Virus record (IMG/VR): IMGVR_UViG_3300030099_004360
Span: 1 to 26,789 of that record
Length of the DNA stretch: 26,789 bases
Reading direction: 5' to 3' (one strand)
DNA from: a virus
Lineage: Duplodnaviria; Caudoviricetes
Shown: positions 17,211 through 25,238 of the stretch, one piece after another
Layout of the letters: every line of letters starts with the position of its first letter
Numbering within the stretch: the stretch's first letter is position 1
The notes under the pieces: generated by a model
What the model was told of the DNA's origin: nothing
The model's database searches: none
Seen by the model: the letters and a program-made list of their open reading frames with translations, nothing else
Translations under genes and position numbers: made by a program

Positions 17211-18434
17211 TTAATGTTTTATCCATTTAGACTTACCTCTCATTACTTGAGTAAATTCTTCTAATTTAATATTAGATAGTCTTATTTTAGCATTTCTTAA
17301 AGCAGCATATCTATCTTTTTTGTATCTTTGAACAACATGTTCTTGTTGGCCAGCTCTTGTAGAAATTATGTTATACATTATGCTTTTATACATTGCTTCT
17401 TCTGCTAGCTTAGGCACTCTTGTGTCTAGGTCATAAGCCAAACCATCAGATATATATTCTAATACAATTAACTTACCTAATAAATTGCTGGAAAAAGTAA
17501 ATTTATTATTTCTTTCATCAATACCAAACCAGCCGTTAAAATTAGATCTTTTTGGATCAATACCGTATAATCTACCCCAATTCCATGGTCCATTTAAACT
17601 CCATAAATCTGGATTAGCGTATCCAAAAAATTCAAAATTAGCATACCATGAAGAATTTAATAATCTATCATTTGCATTTTGCCATCTTTCAACAGTTTGT
17701 GAATCACCTTCTAAATTTTCACCAAGACTATCTTGAGTTGGAACTCCATTAGAACCTTGAACAGGCGTGGAATATGGATCAGTTGTTAAATTATTGTTTG
17801 GATATAATGGATGTCTAACACCTAATTCATCTATCCAAGCTAAAGAAACGTAGTTAACATAGTCTTGTGGAATTACTAGAGATAAACTGCTAGGTATTGT
17901 TAATTCTTGAGACTTAATACTTTTTAATGTGTCATAGCTAAATTCTTGTAAACTTCTTTTAGCAAAAAAAACAACATCTGACTTCTTACATGTTTGAATA
18001 ATTTTACCATCTCCCACATAACCTACCATAAAATTATCTATTACATCTCCTAATTTTATATATTGATAACTTCCATAATTTTCTTCTACTGTGTCTCCAA
18101 AAGCTTTTTCATTTAAAGTATTTCCATAAACACCACCGTCTAATGTTTTTAATTGAACAACCACATATGTACCAACGGGCGGTGGAGCGCCAAAAGTAAT
18201 AGTGTTATTTACTACACTTGTAATTGCACCAGCGCCTTCAACAACTACATAGGTACCTGGTAATCCAGTAGCGCTTGAATAAACTTTAAAATTATTTAAA
18301 CCATAATCAGCATCAAGCGGATCGCTACTTCCAAAAACTAAATCTGTGTTAAACGTGGTCTTAACAGTCTCAGGAGCTACAAATGTTTGAGAGCCTTGGT
18401 AATATTGTGCGTTTGTTTCTGTTATTTGTGCCAT
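17211..18434 (-). CDS. Tail tubular/ring-type structural protein (407 aa)
   Basis: Motifs AKRSLQEFSYD, LVIPQDYVNYV, IVLEYISDGL, VPKLAEEAMY. Located between the head genes and the stabilization protein. TAATG coupling with the upstream gene. Confidence 0.6.
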   Translation of the reverse strand: MAQITETNAQYYQGSQTFVAPETVKTTFNTDLVFGSSDPLDADYGLNNFKVYSSATGLPGTYVVVEGAGAITSVVNNTITFGAPPPVGTYVVVQLKTLDGGVYGNTLNEKAFGDTVEENYGSYQYIKLGDVIDNFMVGYVGDGKIIQTCKKSDVVFFAKRSLQEFSYDTLKSIKSQELTIPSSLSLVIPQDYVNYVSLAWIDELGVRHPLYPNNNLTTDPYSTPVQGSNGVPTQDSLGENLEGDSQTVERWQNANDRLLNSSWYANFEFFGYANPDLWSLNGPWNWGRLYGIDPKRSNFNGWFGIDERNNKFTFSSNLLGKLIVLEYISDGLAYDLDTRVPKLAEEAMYKSIMYNIISTRAGQQEHVVQRYKKDRYAALRNAKIRLSNIKLEEFTQVMRGKSKWIKH

Positions 18435-19174
18435 TATGCTTTTTCATTTTGTTCAACCTGCATTGCTTCTTGCGCAGCTGTTTGAATTATTGTTGGATCG
18501 TTTATAATTAATCCTGCGTATTTTAATATTCCTATTATAATATTTGTTTGCTCAGATGTGTCTAGTTCAAAATTTACAGATAAAACATTATCATATACAT
18601 ATTGACCAGCTCCACCTATAAAAAACTTCCAATCAGGTGGGGTTGGTTTTTTTAACACATTTACTTTAACTTCATTTGGTGTAGGTGCTATAAAAATTAT
18701 TGGACTATCTCCTACTGTAACTGTATTATTTTCAATATAGCCTAAAGGATAATTTTTTGAGGGAGCAGTTAATTTAGATCTTGTTATTTTATTGTAATCT
18801 CTTTTACTTACAATTTCTGTTATTGATTCATATGTAGGTTGACCCGAATATTTAGATATAATTTCTCCTATTAAATAAATATCATTTGGCCCTACAAAAC
18901 CAGTACTTCCAATTGGATTTACAAATAATATCTCTTGCTGAAAAGGATAAAGTTTATAGGAAATATTATTAAAAACATCGAAGAACTCGGTGTCGTTTTG
19001 TGTATTGTTTTGATTTTGACGATTAGTTTGATTACCGTCTGGAAAATAAGAGTTAAATATTTCTTCTTGCACCTGTGCTCCAATACTGTTGAACTCAGCG
19101 GGTGTTAAATAACCTCTTTGTTCTTTATTTAATAGATACAAGACTGTAGTATATACTGTATTTACATTTACCAT
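18434..19174 (-). CDS. Head-tail connector/ring-type structural protein (246 aa)
   Basis: LLNKEQRGYLTPAEFN N-terminal helix motif, KKPTPPDW, IIGILKYAGLII. Positional equivalent of the ring genes downstream of the MCP in crAss-like modules. Confidence 0.6.
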   Translation of the reverse strand: MVNVNTVYTTVLYLLNKEQRGYLTPAEFNSIGAQVQEEIFNSYFPDGNQTNRQNQNNTQNDTEFFDVFNNISYKLYPFQQEILFVNPIGSTGFVGPNDIYLIGEIISKYSGQPTYESITEIVSKRDYNKITRSKLTAPSKNYPLGYIENNTVTVGDSPIIFIAPTPNEVKVNVLKKPTPPDWKFFIGGAGQYVYDNVLSVNFELDTSEQTNIIIGILKYAGLIINDPTIIQTAAQEAMQVEQNEKA

Positions 19175-19188
19175 TTTAATATTTTTTT

Positions 19189-19225
19189 ATAATATAGAGG
19201 CAGCAAACGCCGCCCCTTATATTAT
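19189..19225 (-). terminator. Intergenic stem-loop (terminator or mRNA-stabilising/processing hairpin)
   Basis: Minus strand ATAATATA-A-GGGGCGGC-GTTT-GCTGCCTC-TATATTAT. Two G-U pairs form only in the minus-strand RNA. There is no strong U-tract. Confidence 0.55.
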
Positions 19226-19236
19226 TATCACTTGTT
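19221..19236 (-). promoter_or_regulatory. Intergenic motif AACAAGTGATAATAAT (copy 2), putative phage promoter
   Basis: 15/16 match to 12945-12960. Starts at the stop codon of the 273-aa gene and overlaps the 5' arm of the hairpin. Confidence 0.45.
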
Positions 19237-20056
19237 AATTGAGTTTTTTCTCGATAGATTTAAAAACTTCTACACCTTCATCAGTTTTTAAATAAGCTGC
19301 GAAAGCTGAATATGGGTTTTCATCAAAAGGAACATTCATTAATTTCCTATCATTTGATCCCCAAGTAAATGTTCTTTGATCTTGAGATAGTCTAATTATA
19401 CCATTTTCTTCTGCTCTAATAGCTAAATTTCTTAGCATAACATTTTCATCATTAGCTAAAGATATAAATAGTTTTGGGTTTTTCTTAGCAAATAGCATTA
19501 AATCTCTTTTTATTTCTTTAGAACTCATGCTAGATACTTTAGAACCTAACTCTACTCTCATTATAGCCTCTGCTTGATCAATATCTATGTTTCTAGCAGC
19601 ATTTAACGCGTCTATTTCATATTCTATTTCTTCAAGTTCATTAACAGCTATAACAGATGGTTTAAACTCATAGTATAATTTATCTTTTAAAGGGTGATAT
19701 AAGCTTAATAATTTTTGTAAAGCAATGTCTTTAGCTGGAACAGTTAAAACACCGTCTTTAAATAATATGTGACCTAGTGTAACCTCGCCTTCTTGTTCAT
19801 CTGCAAATGGTGATGACATATTTGTTGCGTATCTTATTTCCCTTTGTTTTTGCTTATCAGGATCAAACCATAAAAGCGAGTGCTTTTTAGTGTGCTTACC
19901 TGGTATTCTTAAAGTTAAAGGTTGCTTTTTACCTTTTAAATAATAAACTCTATCTTTTACCTCCCACTCAGGTTTTTTAACCTTTGGGGTTTCTTTTTTT
20001 GGTTGTTCAACCACTTGTGTTGTTTCTTCAACAACTTTTTTATCTTTTTTTGACAT
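19235..20056 (-). CDS. Conserved structural-module protein immediately downstream of MCP (273 aa)
   Basis: Long ORF with a strong leader motif. Charged N-terminal tail followed by a globular domain (REIRYATN..SPF.DEQ, LQKLLSLYHP). Function not assignable. Confidence 0.75.
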   Translation of the reverse strand: MSKKDKKVVEETTQVVEQPKKETPKVKKPEWEVKDRVYYLKGKKQPLTLRIPGKHTKKHSLLWFDPDKQKQREIRYATNMSSPFADEQEGEVTLGHILFKDGVLTVPAKDIALQKLLSLYHPLKDKLYYEFKPSVIAVNELEEIEYEIDALNAARNIDIDQAEAIMRVELGSKVSSMSSKEIKRDLMLFAKKNPKLFISLANDENVMLRNLAIRAEENGIIRLSQDQRTFTWGSNDRKLMNVPFDENPYSAFAAYLKTDEGVEVFKSIEKKLN

Positions 20057-20075
20057 AATATAATATAATTAAATA
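20051..20075 (-). repeat. 25-nt leader/start repeat TATTTAATTATATTATATTATGTCA (copy 1)
   Basis: Exact match to 22805-22829. Includes the start codon and the Ser2 codon. Confidence 0.8.
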
Positions 20076-20079
20076 GTTA

Positions 20080-20111
20080 AAGGTATATGGGCGCCGAAGC
20101 GCCCTTACCTT
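20080..20111 (-). terminator. Post-capsid-gene stem-loop with cUUCGg tetraloop
   Basis: AAGGTA-A-GGGCGC-TTCG-GCGCCC-ATA-TACCTT, about 10 nt after the MCP stop, followed by only a weak U-rich tail. Confidence 0.7.
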
Positions 20112-20120
20112 ATAAAAATA

Positions 20121-21587
20121 CTAGATACCTTTGAATAATACAAAGTTATTAGCAGCTTGTGTTACTAAACATCTTTCTGAAAGGAAGTTTACTTCCATTG
20201 CATCAAGAGTTGAAGTAAATGCACCACCAGCAGAACCAGTAATCCAAGACTTCATTCTTCTGTCGTCAGCTTGAGAAGCTCTATAACGTACATGTAAGAA
20301 AGGTCTTCTGATATTAGTTCCTAAGATTTGGTCATAAACAGTAGAAGTTCCAGCAGGTACTAATACACCTTCAATTGAATTAACACCGTTAATACCACCT
20401 CTTGTAGAAGCGTCATTTAAGTATTTCCAATCAGTTTTGTAAAAGTCATAAGAACCTCTTCTAAAACCTGTAAATCCTAAGTTAAGTGCCATCTCTTCTG
20501 AATTTTCAAATAATCCAAAAGCAGTACCACCTGCACCACCGGCAGAAATAGATCCTAACATGTCATCAAAATCTAATGCAGTTGCTCTTTGTAAGAAAAG
20601 CATGTTTTCTTCAATAGCTCCTTGAGTATCTAAGTTTTGAAGTATTTCATCAAAATCTCCAATACCAGAACCTGCAGTAAATCCTACTTCTACGTTACCT
20701 CTATCCTCAATGGCAGCAAATAAACCTTGTGTACCTGGTAATTGAGCCGGTGTATTAACACCACCAATACCTGCGTTAAGTTCACCTTCAACACATACCA
20801 TTTCTAAATAATCTTCGAATCTTAGTCTTGTTTCAGACTCAGCTTTTAAATACCATAAGTATCCAGAAGCTCCATCTTCAGTCGCAACTTCAACCCAACC
20901 GATTTGAGCCATATCAGAACCAGATACTACGTACTGATCTCTAATAATAACTGGTGAGTTAGCATATTGAGTAAAGCTAGGCTCTACACTGTTTCTAGAA
21001 GCTGAGTTACCAAGAGTAGTTCCATCTTGAATAACAGTTCCTTTTGTGTAAGCAGAACCATAAACAAAAGCTTTAAGACCTGCAACTGAAAATCCTTGAG
21101 CAGATAATGTAGCTACTGGGTCAAAACACTCAATAACAACGTTACCTACACCAGGACCAGCGCCGGCACCTGTATTTACATCTATTACAATACATTTAGC
21201 CTCTAATCCAGTAGCTGGATCTAAAACTACGATTGTATCGTTAACGCTCATAACCATTTCTTGACCTGCAGCAGCACCTAAAGTTAGAACAGTAGTTGTT
21301 CCTACTCCGGCAGCTTGAGTCATTCCGTCATAAGCAATGTGTAATCTATTTTGTTCAGACCAGATTACTTGATCTGAGGTCATTGGCATTTCTGCACCGA
21401 CCATTCTTAAAAATCCAGATAACGTTCTGTTTCCATAACGCTCTACTTCTTGTTCGTAGACCTCTGGCAAATACTGTTGGATAAAGTCATTTGCACCACC
21501 CGTGTTAAACTGTAAATAGTTACTGTTTAATACCTCTTGGGTTTGTGATGGCAAAATCGATCCAAACTGTGGACTTAATGTTCCCAT
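20121..21587 (-). CDS. Major capsid protein (488 aa)
   Basis: Position after portal and scaffold, and size. QYLPEVYEQEVERYGNRTLSGFLRMVGAEMP..SDQVIWSEQNRLH N-arm/E-loop region, GTQGLFAAIEDRGN, C-terminal FLSERCLVTQAANNF. C-ending codon bias typical of a highly expressed gene. Confidence 0.85.
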   Translation of the reverse strand: MGTLSPQFGSILPSQTQEVLNSNYLQFNTGGANDFIQQYLPEVYEQEVERYGNRTLSGFLRMVGAEMPMTSDQVIWSEQNRLHIAYDGMTQAAGVGTTTVLTLGAAAGQEMVMSVNDTIVVLDPATGLEAKCIVIDVNTGAGAGPGVGNVVIECFDPVATLSAQGFSVAGLKAFVYGSAYTKGTVIQDGTTLGNSASRNSVEPSFTQYANSPVIIRDQYVVSGSDMAQIGWVEVATEDGASGYLWYLKAESETRLRFEDYLEMVCVEGELNAGIGGVNTPAQLPGTQGLFAAIEDRGNVEVGFTAGSGIGDFDEILQNLDTQGAIEENMLFLQRATALDFDDMLGSISAGGAGGTAFGLFENSEEMALNLGFTGFRRGSYDFYKTDWKYLNDASTRGGINGVNSIEGVLVPAGTSTVYDQILGTNIRRPFLHVRYRASQADDRRMKSWITGSAGGAFTSTLDAMEVNFLSERCLVTQAANNFVLFKGI

Positions 21588-21601
21588 AATAATTGTTTAA
21601 A

Positions 21602-22810
21602 TTAGTTAAATTTTCTAGTTTTAATTCTAAGTTTTGTAGAATCTGCACCACTAATTGATTTCACTTTCATTCCACCAACGAAAACTTCACCTGTATTACC
21701 TTCTCTTGCTTTCACATCAGAAAGATTTTTAGATTTATTTACCACTTCTTTTACCGCATCGGCTTTACCTTGCTCGTAAAAATGTGTAGCGATTTTATCT
21801 ACGTTTGAAGCAGCATACATTGCTTTATGATAACCAGCCGGGTCTACTACATTTCCATCTGAATCTAGGAACTTCCCTATTAAGTTGTTAATGTTTGATT
21901 GGTTCTCTGCAATTTGTTCACGATTTTGCACGTTATACTTATACCTCTTACCTCCAACTTCAAAATCAAAACCTTTGAAATCTTCGCTGAATAGTTTTTG
22001 AGTTTTTTGTTTAAACGCATCATGTAATTGCTCAGCTTGTTCTTGCTGTTTATTGTAACGATTAAAAAACTCCATTGCCTTTTGTTGCTCTTGGTTAACA
22101 CCAGGTCTTAACTTTATTTCTTCGTAATACTTGGTTTTTAACTCTTCTAAATATTTTTTAGCATTAGCAACTTCTTCTTTAAATGCTAGTTTTCTTTTTC
22201 GTATTTCTTTTTCCTCATGTAAATCTTCGTCCCACTCATAATCTTCTAAAATAAGATCAATATCGTCTGAATCTAAATGAGGTTTATTTTTTTTATAATA
22301 TTCTTTTAACAATGCTTTTTCATTAACATTACTGTAGTCTGCATTTAACCTTACATAGTCTTCTACAGTGCCTCCAGTTTCTTCCATAAAGCTTACAAGT
22401 TTTTCAACGTTTTCAGGTAATTTTCTGCCTAATACCTGCTCGTCTCTTTTAGCTTCTTTTACTTCAGCTTCAACCTGCTTAACTTCTTCTTCTGTTACTT
22501 CTTGGATCGGAGAAAACCCTTCAGTAGTCTCTTTGGACTCTTGTACAGGTTCTCCCACCTTTGAGCTATCTCCGGATGGTTTTTCCACAGATAGTTCCTC
22601 TGTTTCTCCGATTTGAATGGCATCGTCTTCTTTTTTAATTTCAACTTTTTTAACATTAGGCTCAACTTCTACTAAAGGTTCTTTCATGTTTACCTTTTGT
22701 ATTTCTTGTTCTTTATTACCTAATTGTTTTGGTTTTTTTGGTTTTGATTTACCTTTTAAAGTAAATTCACCTTCCTGTTTAACAGGTTCATTTGTTTTTG
22801 TTTCTGACAT
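21602..22810 (-). CDS. Putative scaffolding/head assembly protein (402 aa)
   Basis: Between portal and MCP. Very Glu/Lys-rich disordered N-terminus, coiled coil, conserved-looking C-terminus (HFYEQGKADAVK). Confidence 0.7.
   Translation of the reverse strand: MSETKTNEPVKQEGEFTLKGKSKPKKPKQLGNKEQEIQKVNMKEPLVEVEPNVKKVEIKKEDDAIQIGETEELSVEKPSGDSSKVGEPVQESKETTEGFSPIQEVTEEEVKQVEAEVKEAKRDEQVLGRKLPENVEKLVSFMEETGGTVEDYVRLNADYSNVNEKALLKEYYKKNKPHLDSDDIDLILEDYEWDEDLHEEKEIRKRKLAFKEEVANAKKYLEELKTKYYEEIKLRPGVNQEQQKAMEFFNRYNKQQEQAEQLHDAFKQKTQKLFSEDFKGFDFEVGGKRYKYNVQNREQIAENQSNINNLIGKFLDSDGNVVDPAGYHKAMYAASNVDKIATHFYEQGKADAVKEVVNKSKNLSDVKAREGNTGEVFVGGMKVKSISGADSTKLRIKTRKFN
22495..22623 (-). CDS. Overprinted small basic protein (42 aa), MPFKSEKQR-type, nested in +1 frame of scaffold gene
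   Basis: ATG 22623-22621 to TAA 22497-22495: MPFKSEKQRNYLWKNHPEIAQRWENLYKSPKRLLKGFLRSKK. Leader AATTAAAAAAGAAGACG has A at -3, -6 and -8..-13. Locally raised GC. Confidence 0.7.
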   Translation of the reverse strand: MPFKSEKQRNYLWKNHPEIAQRWENLYKSPKRLLKGFLRSKK

Positions 22811-22829
22811 AATATAATATAATTAAATA
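22805..22829 (-). repeat. 25-nt leader/start repeat (copy 2)
   Basis: Exact match to 20051-20075. Confidence 0.8.
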
Positions 22830-22841
22830 ATTAATAACTAC

Positions 22842-25238
22842 CTACATAGGCATAGGAGGCTGAGCGCCTTCTTGCATAGCAGGTTCTTCAAAATTTATTG
22901 GTGGAGAATCGTTTTTACGCTGTGATATTAATTCACTTGCTTGAGTAGCTTCCATTTTACTTCTTTTATCTTTACGATCCTCAATCATTTTTTCTTTTGT
23001 AGAAACACCTTGAACCTCAACTTGCTTTAATTGCATGTCAAATTGATGTTGCATTTGCATTTCTTGTTTTTTAAGTTGAGCTTGTATTTGCATACGCTCT
23101 ATTTCAAATTGGCTTTTAGCTTTTTCATACTCAACATTAGCGCCAGATATAGCTTGTTGTTTTTGTACCTCTGCCATAGCTGTTTTTTCAGCTGTTTCTG
23201 CTTGAGCTTGAGCTTGAGCTTGAATATTAGCTTGTTGATTAGCTTGATCTTGTTTTGCTTTTTGCTTACGTTTTACTTTTAACATTTGGTTAGCTAGCTT
23301 AAGATTTTTAATACTTCTTAAATCAATAGCGTCTTCAACGTCTATATTTTTAGCTTGTAAAGCAATTTGTATATTTTGCTCTAATTTAGCTTGTTCTTCT
23401 TCATCTGGTTCTAATTCTAAAAATATTCCAAAATCATGAAGGTTTAAATTAACAACCTCTTCTAAAGTTTTTACATTATAAGTTGATATAGAGTTTTGCA
23501 GCGAAGACTTTGTTAAAGGAAACTCTAAAGCATCTGCTACTTTTAAACTAATATTTTCTGCAAGTTTAAGAGTTAGATAAAGACTAGACTGAGATATATG
23601 TCTAGTTGCTACATTAGATGCGTTAGCGGCTAGCTTCTGTAATCCTACAAGCGTATTACGATCTGGTAAACTACCATCTCTAGCTTCGTTTAATCCGGTC
23701 ACATCTCTAATCATTTGTAAATAGTATTGATACGTTTGTATCAAGCTTTGTATTTTTCCACCACCAGCTGATGAACTAAGTTCTTGTATAGGAACTTTAC
23801 CAGCATTCATATCTCCTTCTTGTGTTAATGATCTACCAACAATACTACCAGTTTGAAAATACATATTTAAAGCTTCAGCTGGATTATAATTAGTACCATT
23901 ACCTAAATCAACTTCGGCTAAACCGTCCATATCTAAATACACACCATCTGGTACCATACGAGATATAACCTGTTGTAGTTTTAAATGTGTAATTTGAATC
24001 ATATCAGCAAAACCAGTACATTTACTAACCAAAGACTCTATTCTACCCTTGTAAATTCTTGGTGCACATATAGCATAATTCATCTTTACCTTGGTAGTAT
24101 CAGCGTAAGGTCTAGACATGTTTTCTGCTAACTCCCACTTCAACATAGTGTCTGTGCCTAATACTTTTGCGCCACTATATAAAACCTCTATAGATCTTGA
24201 TACTCTTTCAAACATATCGTTTTCAGGAGGATTAAACGTATCAGGTTTTTCTATAGCTTTGACTAAACCTTGATCTGTTTGTTTTATTTTAAAAACTTGA
24301 TTGTGATAAGTTTTATAATCAAAATACAATACTTGAACCGTGTTTGTATCATAATCACCCCAACCTGTAATGTAAGATCTATTACCAGGCATAGCCTGTA
24401 TTCTTTCTAATTCTTTTTCAGATATATTTGGAAATTCTTTTTTAAGCTCTGATATTGTTATAGCTTTTAATTCACCTACATAGTATATATCTTCAAAATT
24501 TGGATCTTCTGTATAAGAATATACCATATAAGCTGGATCAACATAGTCTACTGTAATGCCTTCGGCTGTGTTAAAATTAGTTTTAGCTGCAGCAATACCA
24601 CAAGTAACTAAGTCCATGTTTAATCTACGCCTAGTTAAATCGTATTTATTTTGAGATAACACGCTAGATATTGCCTCTTCTTCTGCTATTTCCACGCTTT
24701 GTTTATATGAAAGCTGCATATGAAGTTCTAACTCTTCAGTTGTTTCAGGAACAATATCCATGTTGGGAGCTTGATACAAATCAATACCGAGCGTTTCTTT
24801 TAAATTATCTAAATACTGTTTAGACAACATATCTTCATATATTTTAGAAGCATATGAAGTTCGTTTTTTTATAGACTCTGGATCTTGCGCGTAAGCTTTT
24901 ATATCGTATGTTTTTGAAGATATACCGTTTACAACTATATCTACAAACTTAGATAAAATAGGTACTGGTTTCCAGTCTAAATTTAAATAAGATAAATCGC
25001 CGTTAATAGCTAATTCATCTTTATATTTTTGTATTGATTGTTCTCCTCTAGCATAAGTTCTTAGCATGTGGAAATTATTCCAGTTAGTCAAGTATCTATT
25101 ACCACTAGTTCTTCCTTGTGAAAACCACTCTTGCTCTATAGCTTGCGCTACTTGAGAACCATATTCTAAACTTGCTTTCTCTGCGTCACTTACTACTTGA
25201 CTTGGAAAAGGACTATTAGTATTAGTGTATATATTCAT
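22842..25238 (-). CDS. Portal protein (798 aa)
   Basis: Directly follows terminase (TAA-ATG). Motifs LNLDWKPVPILSKFVDIVVNG and IRDVTGLNEARDG. Long Gln/Ala C-terminal coiled coil like the barrel of P22-type portals. Confidence 0.85.
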   Translation of the reverse strand: MNIYTNTNSPFPSQVVSDAEKASLEYGSQVAQAIEQEWFSQGRTSGNRYLTNWNNFHMLRTYARGEQSIQKYKDELAINGDLSYLNLDWKPVPILSKFVDIVVNGISSKTYDIKAYAQDPESIKKRTSYASKIYEDMLSKQYLDNLKETLGIDLYQAPNMDIVPETTEELELHMQLSYKQSVEIAEEEAISSVLSQNKYDLTRRRLNMDLVTCGIAAAKTNFNTAEGITVDYVDPAYMVYSYTEDPNFEDIYYVGELKAITISELKKEFPNISEKELERIQAMPGNRSYITGWGDYDTNTVQVLYFDYKTYHNQVFKIKQTDQGLVKAIEKPDTFNPPENDMFERVSRSIEVLYSGAKVLGTDTMLKWELAENMSRPYADTTKVKMNYAICAPRIYKGRIESLVSKCTGFADMIQITHLKLQQVISRMVPDGVYLDMDGLAEVDLGNGTNYNPAEALNMYFQTGSIVGRSLTQEGDMNAGKVPIQELSSSAGGGKIQSLIQTYQYYLQMIRDVTGLNEARDGSLPDRNTLVGLQKLAANASNVATRHISQSSLYLTLKLAENISLKVADALEFPLTKSSLQNSISTYNVKTLEEVVNLNLHDFGIFLELEPDEEEQAKLEQNIQIALQAKNIDVEDAIDLRSIKNLKLANQMLKVKRKQKAKQDQANQQANIQAQAQAQAETAEKTAMAEVQKQQAISGANVEYEKAKSQFEIERMQIQAQLKKQEMQMQHQFDMQLKQVEVQGVSTKEKMIEDRKDKRSKMEATQASELISQRKNDSPPINFEEPAMQEGAQPPMPM

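Noticed and set aside
21880-22101. 73-aa +1-frame ORF in the scaffold gene (also 21296-21484 in MCP)
   Set aside because: Non-ATG starts, no recognisable motif, and no clear compositional anomaly, unlike the 22495-22623 ORF.
23200-23223. Short tandem repeats (GCTTGA)n here and (CAACTTCTT)n at ~9553-9580
   Set aside because: They simply encode QAQAQA and EVEEVEEV low-complexity protein. Not CRISPR or contingency loci.
570-23282. Plus-strand ORFs of 60-110 aa in the ORF track
   Set aside because: All are antisense shadows of long minus-strand genes, with Phe/Leu/Ser/Ile-rich composition typical of reverse-complemented AT-rich coding DNA.
20121-25238. Stop-codon reassignment (TAG/TGA) as known in some crAss-like phages
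   Set aside because: Genes are full length under the standard code. TAG terminates portal and MCP at sensible positions, and TGA ends the 75-aa gene in an ATGA overlap.
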